Positions 13,136 through 25,390 of a DNA stretch of 64,000 nucleotides are shown piece by piece. The DNA lies in contig NC_087437.1 in assembly GCF_036321535.1 (NCBI RefSeq), forward strand, positions 32,924,001-32,988,000. The letters run 5' to 3'. The position numbers and the translations under genes were made by a program. Source of the DNA: Camelus dromedarius. Its lineage: Eukaryota. Within the stretch, counting starts at the first letter, position 1. Each line of letters begins with the position of its first letter. The notes beneath the pieces are model-generated. The model had not been told where the DNA came from, did not search any database, and was given only the letters and a program-made list of their open reading frames with translations.

Positions 13136-13559
13136 ATAGCAGTCACAGTAGTAGCAGTAGCAATGTAGTAGTAGTAATTATTGTTATTGAAACTTTTGCA
13201 TTATGAATTGTTTCAAAGTGGAGAAACTTTAAAAACAGGGATGCCAGTCATTTGTAATGGATTATGGCACTTTTTCCCCTGAACCGATATAAGCAACAAA
13301 GTCCTTCTCAACTTAGAACCCATGTCAGCCACTACCATTAAGTAGAAGACAAAGTTGTCCAGTGTTGCTTTATGTTTGTATTTTTCCTTAGAATTTAACT
13401 TCTCTCCAGCTTCATATTACATAATAAACTAAATACACAATATTGGTCAGGATGTGTACTAACGTTAGCGAAAGGAAAGGCACAGGATGGCAAGGTACTG
13501 ATGTTCAGACCAGTGTGAAGTCATTGGGACCATCCAGGAAAAAGGAAATTCTACTTCAG

Positions 13560-13800
13560 TATAACAAGTATTTCTTCACCTTCTGTTGTTTACCAGTTGT
13601 TAGGCACTGGGAAGATACAGATATGAATAAGATACATTCCACATTTTCAGATTACTCCCAGAGGGAAGACAGACCTATACATAAATACAAAGTTATGTTC
13701 TGTACTAGACTGTGAGCAGCTTGAGATCAGTGTCTGGTTCCATTGTAACCTTATCACCAACTACAATGCCTGGTATATATTCTGTGCTCAGTAGACATTT
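13560..13800. mobile_element. Two L2 3' fragments in opposite orientation
   Basis: gttaggcactgggaagatacagatatgaataagat (minus) is followed by tagactgtgagcagcttgag ... tgcctggtatat ... gctcagtagacattt (plus). Confidence 0.65.
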
Positions 13801-13879
13801 TAAAAATAAGTTCAGATCCAGTGTGGACAGAATAGAAATAGTTAACCTAAGAAGGTTAGAAAAGCCTTCGGTTGATAGT

Positions 13880-14100
13880 AATATCACAAAATGATTTCAT
13901 AATCAAATACATTTGAGAATCATCACATTGTATCTCCCTCATAGAGAGACACAACACATGTTAGCATATAATAGATTCTGATGAGTTCTGCAGTAAAGAA
14001 ATAGTTTAATTTTTCCCAACCAAATATTTTCTGGATATATTTAACTACAGAACACTTTTAGCACCTCATTGTGTGGAATACAATTTCAGAAGTGCTGCTT
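13880..14100. mobile_element. hAT-Charlie MITE (MER112-like)
   Basis: ttagcatataatagattctgatgagttctgcagtaaagaaa ... ggaatacaatttcagaagtgctg, ending in a hAT-like terminus. Confidence 0.6.
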
Positions 14101-14899
14101 CTAAGGCTAATCTCTAATAAAAATTGTTTTATGATGCTAGAACATTGTGACTTTGATAATAGCATTTAAAATCTTGGTGTCATCAGCTTGGTACTATGAG
14201 TAAATGTTTAAATAAATTACAGGTAAATCTGCACAAAAAAAGTATGTCTAGCAGAGCACTTCTTTAGTTTCTATGTTAGCAACTAATATAATTTCTCTAT
14301 TCCAGATTATAAAATGTGGGACGCTGTAAAGAACAAAGCATTTTAAACAACCCAGGTTTTCTTTTTATTAAAACAATTTAATTATTTATAGCTTTTAAAA
14401 TGAAAATAAGTTGTTTAAAAAGTTTTCTTTTTACTTAGTTGTTTGGCTTGTTTCTTTTACTACACCAAATTTCTCTATGAATATTCTACTTCTTATAACT
14501 AAGAGGTGTAATACAGCTGTTATAACTAAGACACTCACAGTATTAAAAAAAAATAGTGGCTATTAAAATTTCAAATAGAATATTTTCATCTAAATTGCCC
14601 TATGTTAAATCCTTTTGAATCATTTTATTTTGTAGTATGTTGCTAAACAAGATGTTCACATTAAATATAATTTTAAGTTTTATCATGAATTTAAAATCCA
14701 CCTTTGGAGAAAAAAAATCCAGTCAACTCTATGTAGGTAAAATAGGCTTAAAAATCACTTAATACTGAGAATTTTTATGTTATTTATTAATTTTCCCTTA
14801 TATATTCATGTGTTATTAGCTTTAGTAAGTTGTTTTGCTTCTGAAACATATCTTAAATGACTAAAAATAACATCACAAAACATGTTTGTTATATTCTTA

Positions 14900-15560
14900 A
14901 TTGTTTTGACCATAGAATTAATTTTAAAGTCAAAAGGGGCATTGCTTTTTCATCATTTTCAGTTCAGAATATTCAGCATGTCACAGATGTTCATGAATAA
15001 TGTCCATTTAAAACTGTTGGCAAAGAGTGCTGGTGAGTTGGCTAGATGAATTAAATGTTGGGGGGATCTGACAGGCAGCACGCTGCTTTGTGATCATTCC
15101 AAAGTTCTAATAATCTCCCTCACCTTCTCTGCCTGCCACTAATGAAAGAGAATAGGTGATTGCACCTCCGGCTATGTTCTGCGCCTAATGACTCCTCCAA
15201 AGGCAGATTTATGAAGAAAAAATTAACTTTGAATGAGGATTGAATTGGCCCTGACAGTCTGATAGACTGTGACACAGATTCTGTGGCAAAACAGACGTAG
15301 CCCTAATTGATTATCAATATTTTAAGCAAAGTAATGAAAATAAGCATTAAGTGATGAGAAAGGCAGTCTTAATACAGTAGGCAGTAACCAGGATATAAGA
15401 GAGTCTTTGGGGAGGTTTGCTCTGATTGCTGTTACTGAATTTTATCTGTCAATTTTTACCTTTGCTTCCCAGCAGCCATTGTCCCTCCTTGGTGCACTTT
15501 TTTTTCCTTAAAGATCTATGACTAGAATGTTAATCTTTCTCATAACACTGACAACGCTAT
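14900..15560. promoter_or_regulatory. Putative conserved non-coding element / developmental enhancer
   Basis: Repeat-free and higher in GC than its flanks, with retained CpGs, three TGACAG sites, a GATTTATGA site and several TAAT cores. Conservation is inferred, not measured. Confidence 0.5.
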
Positions 15561-16424
15561 CTGCAATCTCTTCCTCTAGAGAAGTTTGTTTAATATTTAA
15601 CTCATTTTGAATTGAGATTAGCTTTCATAGTTTTATAGAACTGAGGCTTTTTGTGACAATTTTAGATGAACATAATTTTTCACATACTGTTTCTAGATTT
15701 GTTATTATCCGTTAAATATATAGTACCCCAAGATATTGCGTATCACATTTTATAATATCAAGTGTTATATCCTTTACATCAATTGTAGCACTGACGTCAG
15801 CCTTAATCTTAGGAATAAAAATAAAAACATTTTCCTAGAAATAACACACACGCACACACGCACAAAGTGAGAGAGTTTGTGTGTATACACTGTGGTTACT
15901 TACAAAATGTATTTTCAAACTAACAACAGAAAGATCCCACCTGGATAATTATATGTCCATATAGTGCTTTACAAATTAACTTAATAAGCTTTAAAATTAT
16001 AATATACCTTTATTCTTATAGGTTATATTTAGTCCTTTAGAAGCATAGGGAAAAGATTACACATAAAAAATCTGTAGTGGTTTAATGCAGTATTAAAATT
16101 GATGAGCCAAGAAATAGCATATGACATACATAATGATATGTTTGTTTACTATTAAATAGGTTTTAGATAAATTAGCTTATTTAACACAGAAACTATACAT
16201 ATTTTTCCCTGTTGTTAAAATACCCTCTTAATTATTAGTCATCAGTTTTCATATTGTTTTGTGAAATCAATTTCAGCTGGAAATTGTGTAATTATTGAAA
16301 AGTTTATAGAAGAGTCTCCAAGTTAACTGTGGGGAAAGTCAAATGAGACATTTTAATGTTTTCCGAAGGTATCTGAAGTAACTTACTGTAGATAAAATGA
16401 AGATAAAACAGAGATGCTACAGTG

Positions 16425-16629
16425 CAGTGCTTCTCAGCCTTTCTCATGCCATAACGTGTTCAAAAGGATTATATTTGGTTGACACATTAGATTGAACATT
16501 GTTGTCCAGAGGCTACTGACTCTGGAACTCCAGCTACCTCAGACCCAGTCTGGTTGCCCTGAGGGCTGAGAGGAGCAATATTTTGGCACACCTATAACTT
16601 ATTTGTGGCCTAATGATTGAGAAACTCTG
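16425..16629. mobile_element. hAT-Charlie-type MITE
   Basis: Imperfect terminal inverted repeats cagtgcttctca ... tgagaaactctg bound an element of about 205 bp. Confidence 0.65.
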
Positions 16630-17548
16630 AATGTATCACAGTCACAACACTACAATTATAAAATCTAGATTGAATAGTAATAGTTTGAATTTTAAATCTA
16701 TCTAAATATTTAAAAGATATTCTAAAAGTTACCCTATCCTGAAAGAGAACAAATATATCTCTAGATATAATTTTTGCTAGATGGATTAATGATCTTAATC
16801 ATATTTTCTGCTTACTATTGTCTCTAATATCTGTTAAGATTAGCTATTCAGAACTTGATTTTTGGTTTGACTCCATTAAAGCAGAATATACATTTAAATT
16901 TTATTCTTAGAAAAATATTAAAGTTATCCCTTAGCAGAATATACTGTCACTCATTTTTAAAGTGTCTGGAATGATTTTTCTGAAATTCCAAAGGATCTTA
17001 AAACTAGTGGAATCCAACTCTGTTAGCTGACTCTTTGGGAAACTGCAGCCCTAGTCACAAATTAGGTGATTTCTAGGCTAGAACCAGAATCCAGTTCTCC
17101 TGATTCCTAGGCTGTTCTCTTTTAACTCTACTCTAGGATGCTTAGAAATCTATGAGAACTTCTAAAATGTTGTATATTACAGAATTACATGTTATGCTTT
17201 CACAGCTATAAGAAGTAATTTGCTAGCAGTTTTCACTTCTAGGCTAGATAATACTTTCAGATAGGGTTTTAATAAAGTAGTGCCATTTTATTTCCTTAAA
17301 AGCCTGACAATGTTTCAGTGTTTAAAATAGTCAGTAGAAAAAAAAATGTTTATTGTGCTAAAGTTTCCTTTATGCTAAAATTTATTTTATTATTATAAAG
17401 GAATTCAATTCTAGTATAAATAGATTAAAAATATTCCAGTTTAGGTAAAAATTCTATAAACGCTGTTGTTGACCACTTTGTCCTCTATCATTATGTTTAT
17501 TAACATTCCAACAGACTGTAGGAGAAGCAGGAAGATAAATTATTCTTG

Positions 17549-17567
17549 TTGCGCCACCTAGTGACAT
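17549..17567 (-). promoter_or_regulatory. CTCF-binding motif candidate
   Basis: The minus strand reads atgtCACTAGGTGGCGCaa, close to the CTCF core consensus CCASYAGRKGGCRS, with its CpG retained. Confidence 0.6.
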
Positions 17568-18929
17568 TCAAGTGCTGTATATTTACTACAGTGTATTTAA
17601 TCTGCGGTAGGCTGTACACTCAGCTCCAGTTTGTTATGCCTATATTTTGGAAATAAGAAATTCACAGAGAAGAATCCAAAAATCTAAGTCCACACAGGTT
17701 GATTTATTCATCATATTTTGGTTTACAAAATTTTTAAGATAAATATTAGTAAAAACATAAATACTTCTGTTCACTTAATCTCTGAAGGCATTGCCTTGAA
17801 CAAAATATAGTAAATAGGTAAAGTTTTAAAAATTATGCTCTAGTTATAAATTTAAGATTTTACAAGATGGCAATATGTTCTAGAGAAAAGTTCGAAGTAC
17901 TGAAAATAGTGAAATCAGAATGAAGATTTTTGTATAAACCTTTATTAATGTCTGAAACTTGTTTAGCCCTTTGATAAAATATACTGATATTTTTCTCTAA
18001 TGAGGTTATATTTTATAATAAATTTTAAAATTTGGAAAATAATTTGTGCCAAACATATGCACTTGAAATGAAAATGGTACTGTTGTATGTAAAAATGCTT
18101 GGTCTACTGATTTGTTGTGTGAAATAACACCATGTTAAAATACTTGTTTTTTAAATTTGTGTTTCAAGTGAATGAAGTGAAAACTCTTGTGTGGTTTTAT
18201 GTTCATTTGTTTGTTTTCTAACACTAAATAAGCATTCATCTGCTTCCCTTGAAGGTGTTAATTTTTAATAATATGATTAAAGTCTACACTTGTGCTTTCA
18301 CAGTACTATGCTGGCACAGGGTAAAGTTAGAATACTGTTATGTTGATATATAGTGAGTACCTGATATTTAAAAATCAAGGAAAATAATTCATCCAAATGA
18401 GGAAAAAATTTTCTCTATAATATAATCTAAATGTGTTGTATATGAGGAAGTATAGGACTTTTGATGGCTGTTAACTATGGTTCTGAAGATTTTTAATTTG
18501 ATTTGACATTTGATTATTGTGAAAATTCATAATGATTGCTTTTCAATATGTATTGAAACTTCTAAAGTATATTAGCCTAAATATTGAATCATATCCTAAA
18601 TGAATTTTTTGGGAAAGGATGGATTCACTCTCATTTTGTGGATAGACCATATTTATATATGTGTGCAGACATAAATAAACATACATCAAATTAATAAAAT
18701 CTTGACATTAGAATTTTTGAGGAGTTATGCCATAAATTATATTTGGAATAGTAATATTTATATGACTAGAGTGGAATATGTTAATGTCATTTTCTGGGAC
18801 ACTGTTAAAACTCAAAATATCCTTTTTTGTCATAGATGTTCCTAAAATACTTAGGTAATATGAACAGAATTAAATCTTTAACACATTGCTATTCTTCAGT
18901 CATTATTTTGCATGTTAATTTTCAGTTTA

Positions 18930-19160
18930 GTTTAATAAACAATTATTTAGGAGCTAATGAACCATGTCTTAATACTATACCATACTAAAATCCGTAAGAT
19001 ATTTGTCATTGAGGAGTTGGCACTCTAGTGTGGAAGAAAGACACATGTCCAAGTGGCTATACTAGAGAAATAAATATACTCCACTCAGACCTAAGAGGAG
19101 AAATTAATATTGACTAGGATGATGGGCTAAAACCTCATGGATGAAGTTACAAGACACTTG
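18930..19160 (-). mobile_element. L2 fragment
   Basis: aattatttaggagctaatgaaccatgtc ... cattgaggagttggcactctagtgtggaagaaagaca. Confidence 0.55.
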
Positions 19161-19429
19161 AACAATTTGTATTTTAGAATACTATGAGTGTAAATAAAGC
19201 AAATATTAAATATGGAGCTAAATTTATATACATATATATATATAAAACAGAAACATTTTCTTTCTCAGTTTAAAAGGCCCATTTTATGTTCTATGTAGTT
19301 TCTCAGAAATATTAAAGAAACCACATTACATATACTTAAAGCATAATTTTCTAAATGAAATTTTGTGGCAAAGAAAAGACTTATAAAAATTATATAAATA
19401 GGTTAAAATGTATAACTTACATCATAAAC

Positions 19430-19560
19430 ACTATTTTCAAGTGAATTAACTGAGGTATTGGAGACGTTAAGAGGATACTCGTCTTGGTCTTACAGCTAGT
19501 AACAGGAATCAAACTCAATCTGGCTTTAGAATCCATTCTTTTCCTCTCTGTTAGAATACC
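19430..19560 (-). mobile_element. MIR fragment
   Basis: attttcaagtgaattaactgaggtattggagacgttaag ... acagctagt. Confidence 0.55.
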
Positions 19561-19799
19561 TCTAAGTAATTCATTATGTCCTGATTTTAGCCATTTAATT
19601 AATAGATAATGCTATAAAAGATATCATACTCTAATAAATACATTATTATACCAGATTCTTAGGGTAGTGTGTTATATGTAACTCGGCATCAGTATAAATA
19701 AACTCTGTTTTGCTATTTTGAAACTATAAATGTTTTCCACTATTATAGCTCATTTTCTTACCAGTGTTTAATTTTTGAAAAACTGAAAACAATCTGATA

Positions 19800-20400
19800 A
19801 AGATTCAATTTAGTAAACATTCATTGGCACTGAACTGAGTTTTGAGGATGCTAAAGTGAACAAGAAACAAATATATTAAATACATGATTACAATGTAATG
19901 TGATTAGTGCAAAATTGAAGTTCTATGAGAGCAACTAACTCTGTTTAGAGTTAGGAGGGGATTTTTTGAGAACGTTTTCTTAGGAAGGTGATGGCTTCCA
20001 CTGAGCCTACATTGCAAAAGTAATACTGTTCCACATCAGATCACCTCAGAAAATTTATCTGAATGTCTTTGCTTACCTTCCACTCCTCGGGGGATCTTTA
20101 GACAAGGAAAAGGAACTGGTCCAGTAATGCCTTCACTAAACCAACTGAAATTATTCAACTTTATGCTTTAATTATTAAACTATAAATCATCTATAAATGT
20201 TTCAATTTCTGTGCTTCTCTAAATCAGAAATATGAGGTACATTTTCATCTCTTGACTTCTTGGCAATATTTATTGAGTCACATTTATTGAGCATATACTA
20301 TATAGCAGTATATTGAGTGCTGTGGTTAAAGTGATGAGCTAGAAAAACAAAAAGTCCATTACAAATATTTTGAAGATCTGTAATCTAACAGACAACAGAA
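19800..20400 (-). mobile_element. Degraded L2 fragments
   Basis: attcaatttagtaaacattcattg ... and catttattgagcatatactatatagcag ... gtgctgtgg are reverse L2 tails. Confidence 0.5.
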
Positions 20401-20759
20401 TGAAAAGAAAAGATTTTCCCCATATCTTGGCTACATGGCAGTCCTTTCATATCTTCTTCTATAAAGAATAGAAAGATTGATAAGAATACCTGTATCTTGC
20501 TATTGGAATTTCTCAAGCACTTCTTCAAATTTACTTAATAAGACAGTTGTTTAATTGGCATAAGAATGTGGCTTCTTGAATCCTACTTCAGCATGCTCTT
20601 CACTGGGATGCTTCAATCTTTTGGTAAAAATAGATTTTCCATTTATAGATCATTTTGATTCGTTTGATTCCTTATGTTTACTTCATTAAGCTGTTAAGTC
20701 CCTTCTTCAGAGTACACTGTATTGGTTAAGTGATTTGTATCAGATGATCGCGTCTGATT

Positions 20760-21140
20760 TGAGTACATCTAATAACCTAGTCTCAAAATATATAAAAGCA
20801 AGTATAAACTTTGAATACTGCCATTATGATGGGAGATATATTAAACAAAACAACAGGCTAACAGATATACTAGCTCTGATAAACATATATAAGACACTGA
20901 ATTCAACGGTTAGGGAATATGTATTTTTGAGTGCTGATTAAACGTTTACAAAATTGACCATATATTAGTTAATAAAATAAATCTAACGTACCAAAAATTA
21001 TCATATACATTACAGTCTTTGATCAGAATGAAATTAAATTAGACCTGTGTATAAGTAAATAACATCAAATAGTTTGCAACTTTTAAAATATTCTAAGTAA
21101 TTCTTGGATGCACAAAAAAAATCACATTGGGATGAAATGA
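20760..21140 (+). mobile_element. Old L1M ORF2 endonuclease-domain fragment
   Basis: The ORF at 20735-20941 contains LINIYKTLNSTVREYVFLSA, similar to L1 EN LIDIYRTLHPKSTEYTFFSA, and is followed by caaaattgaccatatatt (KIDHI). Confidence 0.8.
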
Positions 21141-21189
21141 ATTTAAAATTCCATTTTTCTAAATAAAAATCATGTTGAGATTTTTTTTT

Positions 21190-21285
21190 TAAGTACAAAA
21201 TCTCAGCCAACCTCAGGCAAGAATATGTGTTTTAACAACTTTCCATGTGATACTAATACATGCTAAAGTTTGGGACCCACTACCT
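21190..21285. mobile_element. MER5-like hAT fragment
   Basis: tgttttaacaactttccatgtgatactaatacatgctaaagtttgggacccact. Confidence 0.6.
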
Positions 21286-24200
21286 TTGATAAAGCTACAA
21301 TAACTTAATGCCTACTTAAAATACCTAGCAACAAAATAGAGATTGTTAAATATTGACAATGACTAATACTGAGACTAGAAAAATCACTAGTAGTGTCTGT
21401 TCTTAAATGCAGCATTCTACTTTTGGAAGACAGACTCTCACCATCATAGCCTGATAAAATCACTGTAACTAAGATCTTCACTACAAAATTTTCTTTGATT
21501 CTGCTTTTATATTATAATATTGTTGAAAATACTTCTCTTGTTTCAATACTTGCCATATAGAATTGAAATAAGAAAATTTTCAAGAGTACTGTATTTCCAT
21601 TTTCCTAAATACATGAATTTCTTCTGTTTAATATACGTATTTAATTACCTATAAAAATATATAGATATAAATATCTTTATATTATCAAAACAATTTAAAA
21701 GGATGCTGAAGACCTTTGTGTTTTTATATATAGTGTGCTTTATCAATGAAGTACATGGACTTGCTAGTAGAAATTTGCCTATAATAGAAAAATGCTTTTG
21801 AAATTTCTTACATAGATCTTAAATTTCTTATATATTTTTTACATTTCTCACTCACTTTTTTTCCAGGAAAATTCTGGCTTATTATATCTGTGATCTTCAT
21901 CTTGTTTATATTCACTTCTTTCTGTTTGGATCTGAACTCAGTTGCCTGAATATTGGTATAGATCATGACTATGATTTTTAAGGAATACCACTTTTTTTTT
22001 TCCCTTATTTCTTCTACCTTAAGCTGCTGCTGCTATTGTTTAATTCACTTATCATATGAAAGCAAAGAACATGCCCCTTCATTAATAGGCTAGTAAAGGT
22101 CATACATTGGTCCAGTTTACAGTTCACTCTGGAGAATAAATGCAACAGCTTCATTATGTGCCTAATTTTCACAGATCTGGGGAGTAGAAATCTCAGAGAT
22201 CGTTCCAGAACCAGGTCACACTTCCAGGGTGCTTCAGTTTGTCATCCAGCAAAGCCTGCATTATTAATTTTGAATTGTGCTTGTGGCATTCTTTAGCATT
22301 ATAGGGCCATCCCAATTAGTAGGGCAATCATACAACTCCCTCTATCAGAATGTGGTATATAAAAGTGCATTTAAAACATATCTTTAACAGGATTAAATCA
22401 GAAAATGGCATAAAACTCCTTTAGGGAAAATTTGTGGACTCGGCAGTGGAAGTCTGCATTTTATCAGAGGTGTTAGCATTTTTAGTATAGAGATGTATGT
22501 ATTAAAGCACTGAAATCCAGCTATTGGCCTCAAACTTAAATGATGAGTCCCTTAAGTTGAGGCAGCCAAAATCACGGCAAGCACTTAAATATTGAGCATT
22601 TCATATTCCTGAAAGAAAACAGTCAACTTCAAAATATTTATTAATAGCACAGCAATTTCCTCCCAAATTATTTACTCATACTTACAATGGCATTTCATCC
22701 ATGACCTTTCTGACTTAATAATTAAACTTTAACTAAAATAAGAGCAAATAACTATCCTTTATTAAGAAGCACTAGTAAGATTAGATTTGTTTTATACAAG
22801 TTATTTCCACACTGTTTTTAAAAAGTCATTATAGTATAATGAAAAGAAGAGCAGGCAGACCTGTTATAATTCTTGACTCATCTATTTATTAGTTACGTAA
22901 CCTTGAGCAATTTATTAAGCCTCTTTGAAACTTTTGGAAGATTCTATGAAATAGCTGTATCTTAAAATACTTAGCATAGTGTTAGTAGGCCTGCATAAGA
23001 TTTTATTCCACTCAGGAATTGAAGCCATGAAAACAAATTATATAAATAAAGAATATGTAATTCTATTTTTTTAAAGAAACACCCTCTGTAATGTGAAAGT
23101 AAAGAAAAAATTAGGAAAAGAAAGAATGCAATAATTTTTTTGATATGAAAACTACTGCTTCTCATCTTTGATTTCTGACATATATACTTAATTAGGCATT
23201 GCCATTTCTGGACTTCGGTTCTTATTTTTAAAAGAATTGCTTACCTTTAATTACTCCTTAAAAATATTTATTGGTAGGGTATCTGAAATTACTGAAAAGA
23301 ACAAGCATATAAATCACTTAGCAAGCCTAGGATATGATTCCTTTCAAAGGGAATAATTCTGTGGCTCCAAACCCCACAGTTTTTCTGAAATGCTGAAACA
23401 TCTTTCTTGGAAAGGGGATTATAATGGTGGACAACTGACTTCAAACTGACATCCAGTTGATGGATGTGCTATAAGTCAAAGGAACACAGAATGATGAAGT
23501 TATTTTTATTTTCCATATCAGCATTCTGTAAAAAAGAAAAAAAAATCTAGTACTGCTTTCTTTGAGAGACTAAACATCACAGCAGTCTATCCCTGTGTTG
23601 TTATTATGGGATTGTTTTCAATTTTTTTAAACCTTTACTTACACTTTAGTAAGTGACATTCTAATGACTGTAAGTAAGCAGTTTATTCAGGTTACAGAAT
23701 GGGGAGTTGGGGAAGTATCAGGCATCAACAGGAGAGGAGAAGTATAAGCATAGTCAGAAGGCTATAGGACTTTACACATTAAAAAAAAACCATTGGATAT
23801 CTTCTTTTTCGCCTTAAATTGTAGTTAGACCTACTTGATTCCTTCTTTGCCACTGGAATGCTCATGAATTCTAACAGGGGTGTTGGGAAGAAAAATGCCT
23901 ATTTAAGTGAAGATCATTAAGATATTCGTACAGCTGTATTAGACCAGCACATCTGTTGAACATAGTGTGTCACTCAGCAGTGAAATTTATCATCAGAGCT
24001 TTTCTAATAAGTGACATAGAAAATTTTCTAACAGAATAAAAAGAAGGGACACATAAAGTAAATCCTTACAAATTTGGATAATCTTTAAGCCCACTTGGCG
24101 GTATAAAAATTAAGAGAAAATCCAGAAGATATGACGTAGGATAAAGTAATGAAAGAAGAAGCTTTTACTTTGGAAACTATTACAAAGTATACAAAAGGGA

Positions 24201-24607
24201 ATTTTATATGAAAGCGAACAAACCCAGATCATTCAATATGTTCTAAATATTTATACTCCCACGTTGGTGTTAAAAAAGTAGAAAAGAATCAGAAGATACC
24301 ATATCTTTTTTTAGTTTTCCACTTGTCATTTTTATTAAATCCACAGTTTTTCACAATCACCACCATTTATTACTATTACTGTTTTAACAATTTGCAGAAG
24401 AAAATGTAAATGATCTTTTGTGTTATATATGACTTAAAGCATGAGATGCTACAAAATCATTTCTGGACTTCAGAATAATTATGGTTCCTGTCTCTAAATA
24501 TTCAAATGGGAGGTTTAAATTTTTTTTAATGATTAAAAACTTTTATACCTCAGAATGTGAGTTAGGGAAAAATTAAAACAAGTTGGTGAAAGCCTGAGAC
24601 TTTAGAT

Positions 24608-24880
24608 TAGCACTTCTCAAAGTATATTCTTTGTTTATTTATATTACAGGAAAAAAATCATTCTTTGGTAAAATAAAGTTGGGGAAACAGAGGCTAACTA
24701 AGTTAAACTGGTTTTTCTAACCTTAGGATATTGCTGAGTTTTAAATTTGTTGATGAGTTCTGTAGCTTTCCAGGAAGGAGGATTCAGTGTTGTGTCATCC
24801 AATCTAATTCCGCTGTGGAACCTTGTTTAAATGAAGAAGCATGAGAAATTAGCATTCCATGAAACATGCTATGGGTAATT
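24608..24880. mobile_element. hAT-Charlie MITE (MER112-like), opposite orientation to the 13.9 kb copy
   Basis: agcacttctcaaagt ... ggtaaaataaagttggggaaacagaggctaactaagttaaactggttttt. Confidence 0.55.
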
Positions 24881-25219
24881 TGAAAGATTCAGTCTAGCTC
24901 CAGACATCTATAATTTGCTGAGAATTTGTCTGTACTGCATATGATTTGTACTGTAACTTCTTCTTGACTTGTGGTCCTTTTGAATTGATAGGATCTCCCT
25001 GTCAGTAGACAGCACCCTTTGGGATTGTAACACTGTCCCTGGTCAAATGTCCCTTGGATCCCATGACAGCATATGTCCTGGCTTTCTACTACTGTTTATT
25101 CCAAAGCCCATCTGGACTGGACTGTAACCATAAAATAAAACATAATTGGGCTGGTTCATTTAGACTTCATGAACCAAATCATTGACATGTCTTCCTAACT
25201 AACACTTAGTTATCCTACA

Positions 25220-25390
25220 ACAGGCAGCCCAGATATCACCTGCTTCTAGAAGTCTTCTCTGACTATATCCTCTTTCTCCATTACTTCCAAAGTACCTGCA
25301 TAAGGTGTGTTTTTGCATTTCCCCATCTCGTCTTTAAACTTCTTCACCTCTCAATCCTCAGCACTTAGCTCAGTGATTTAGGTACAGTAT
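25220..25390 (+). mobile_element. L2 3' fragment
   Basis: cagcccagatatcacctgcttctagaagtcttctctgact ... tcctcagcacttagctcagtg. Confidence 0.6.
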
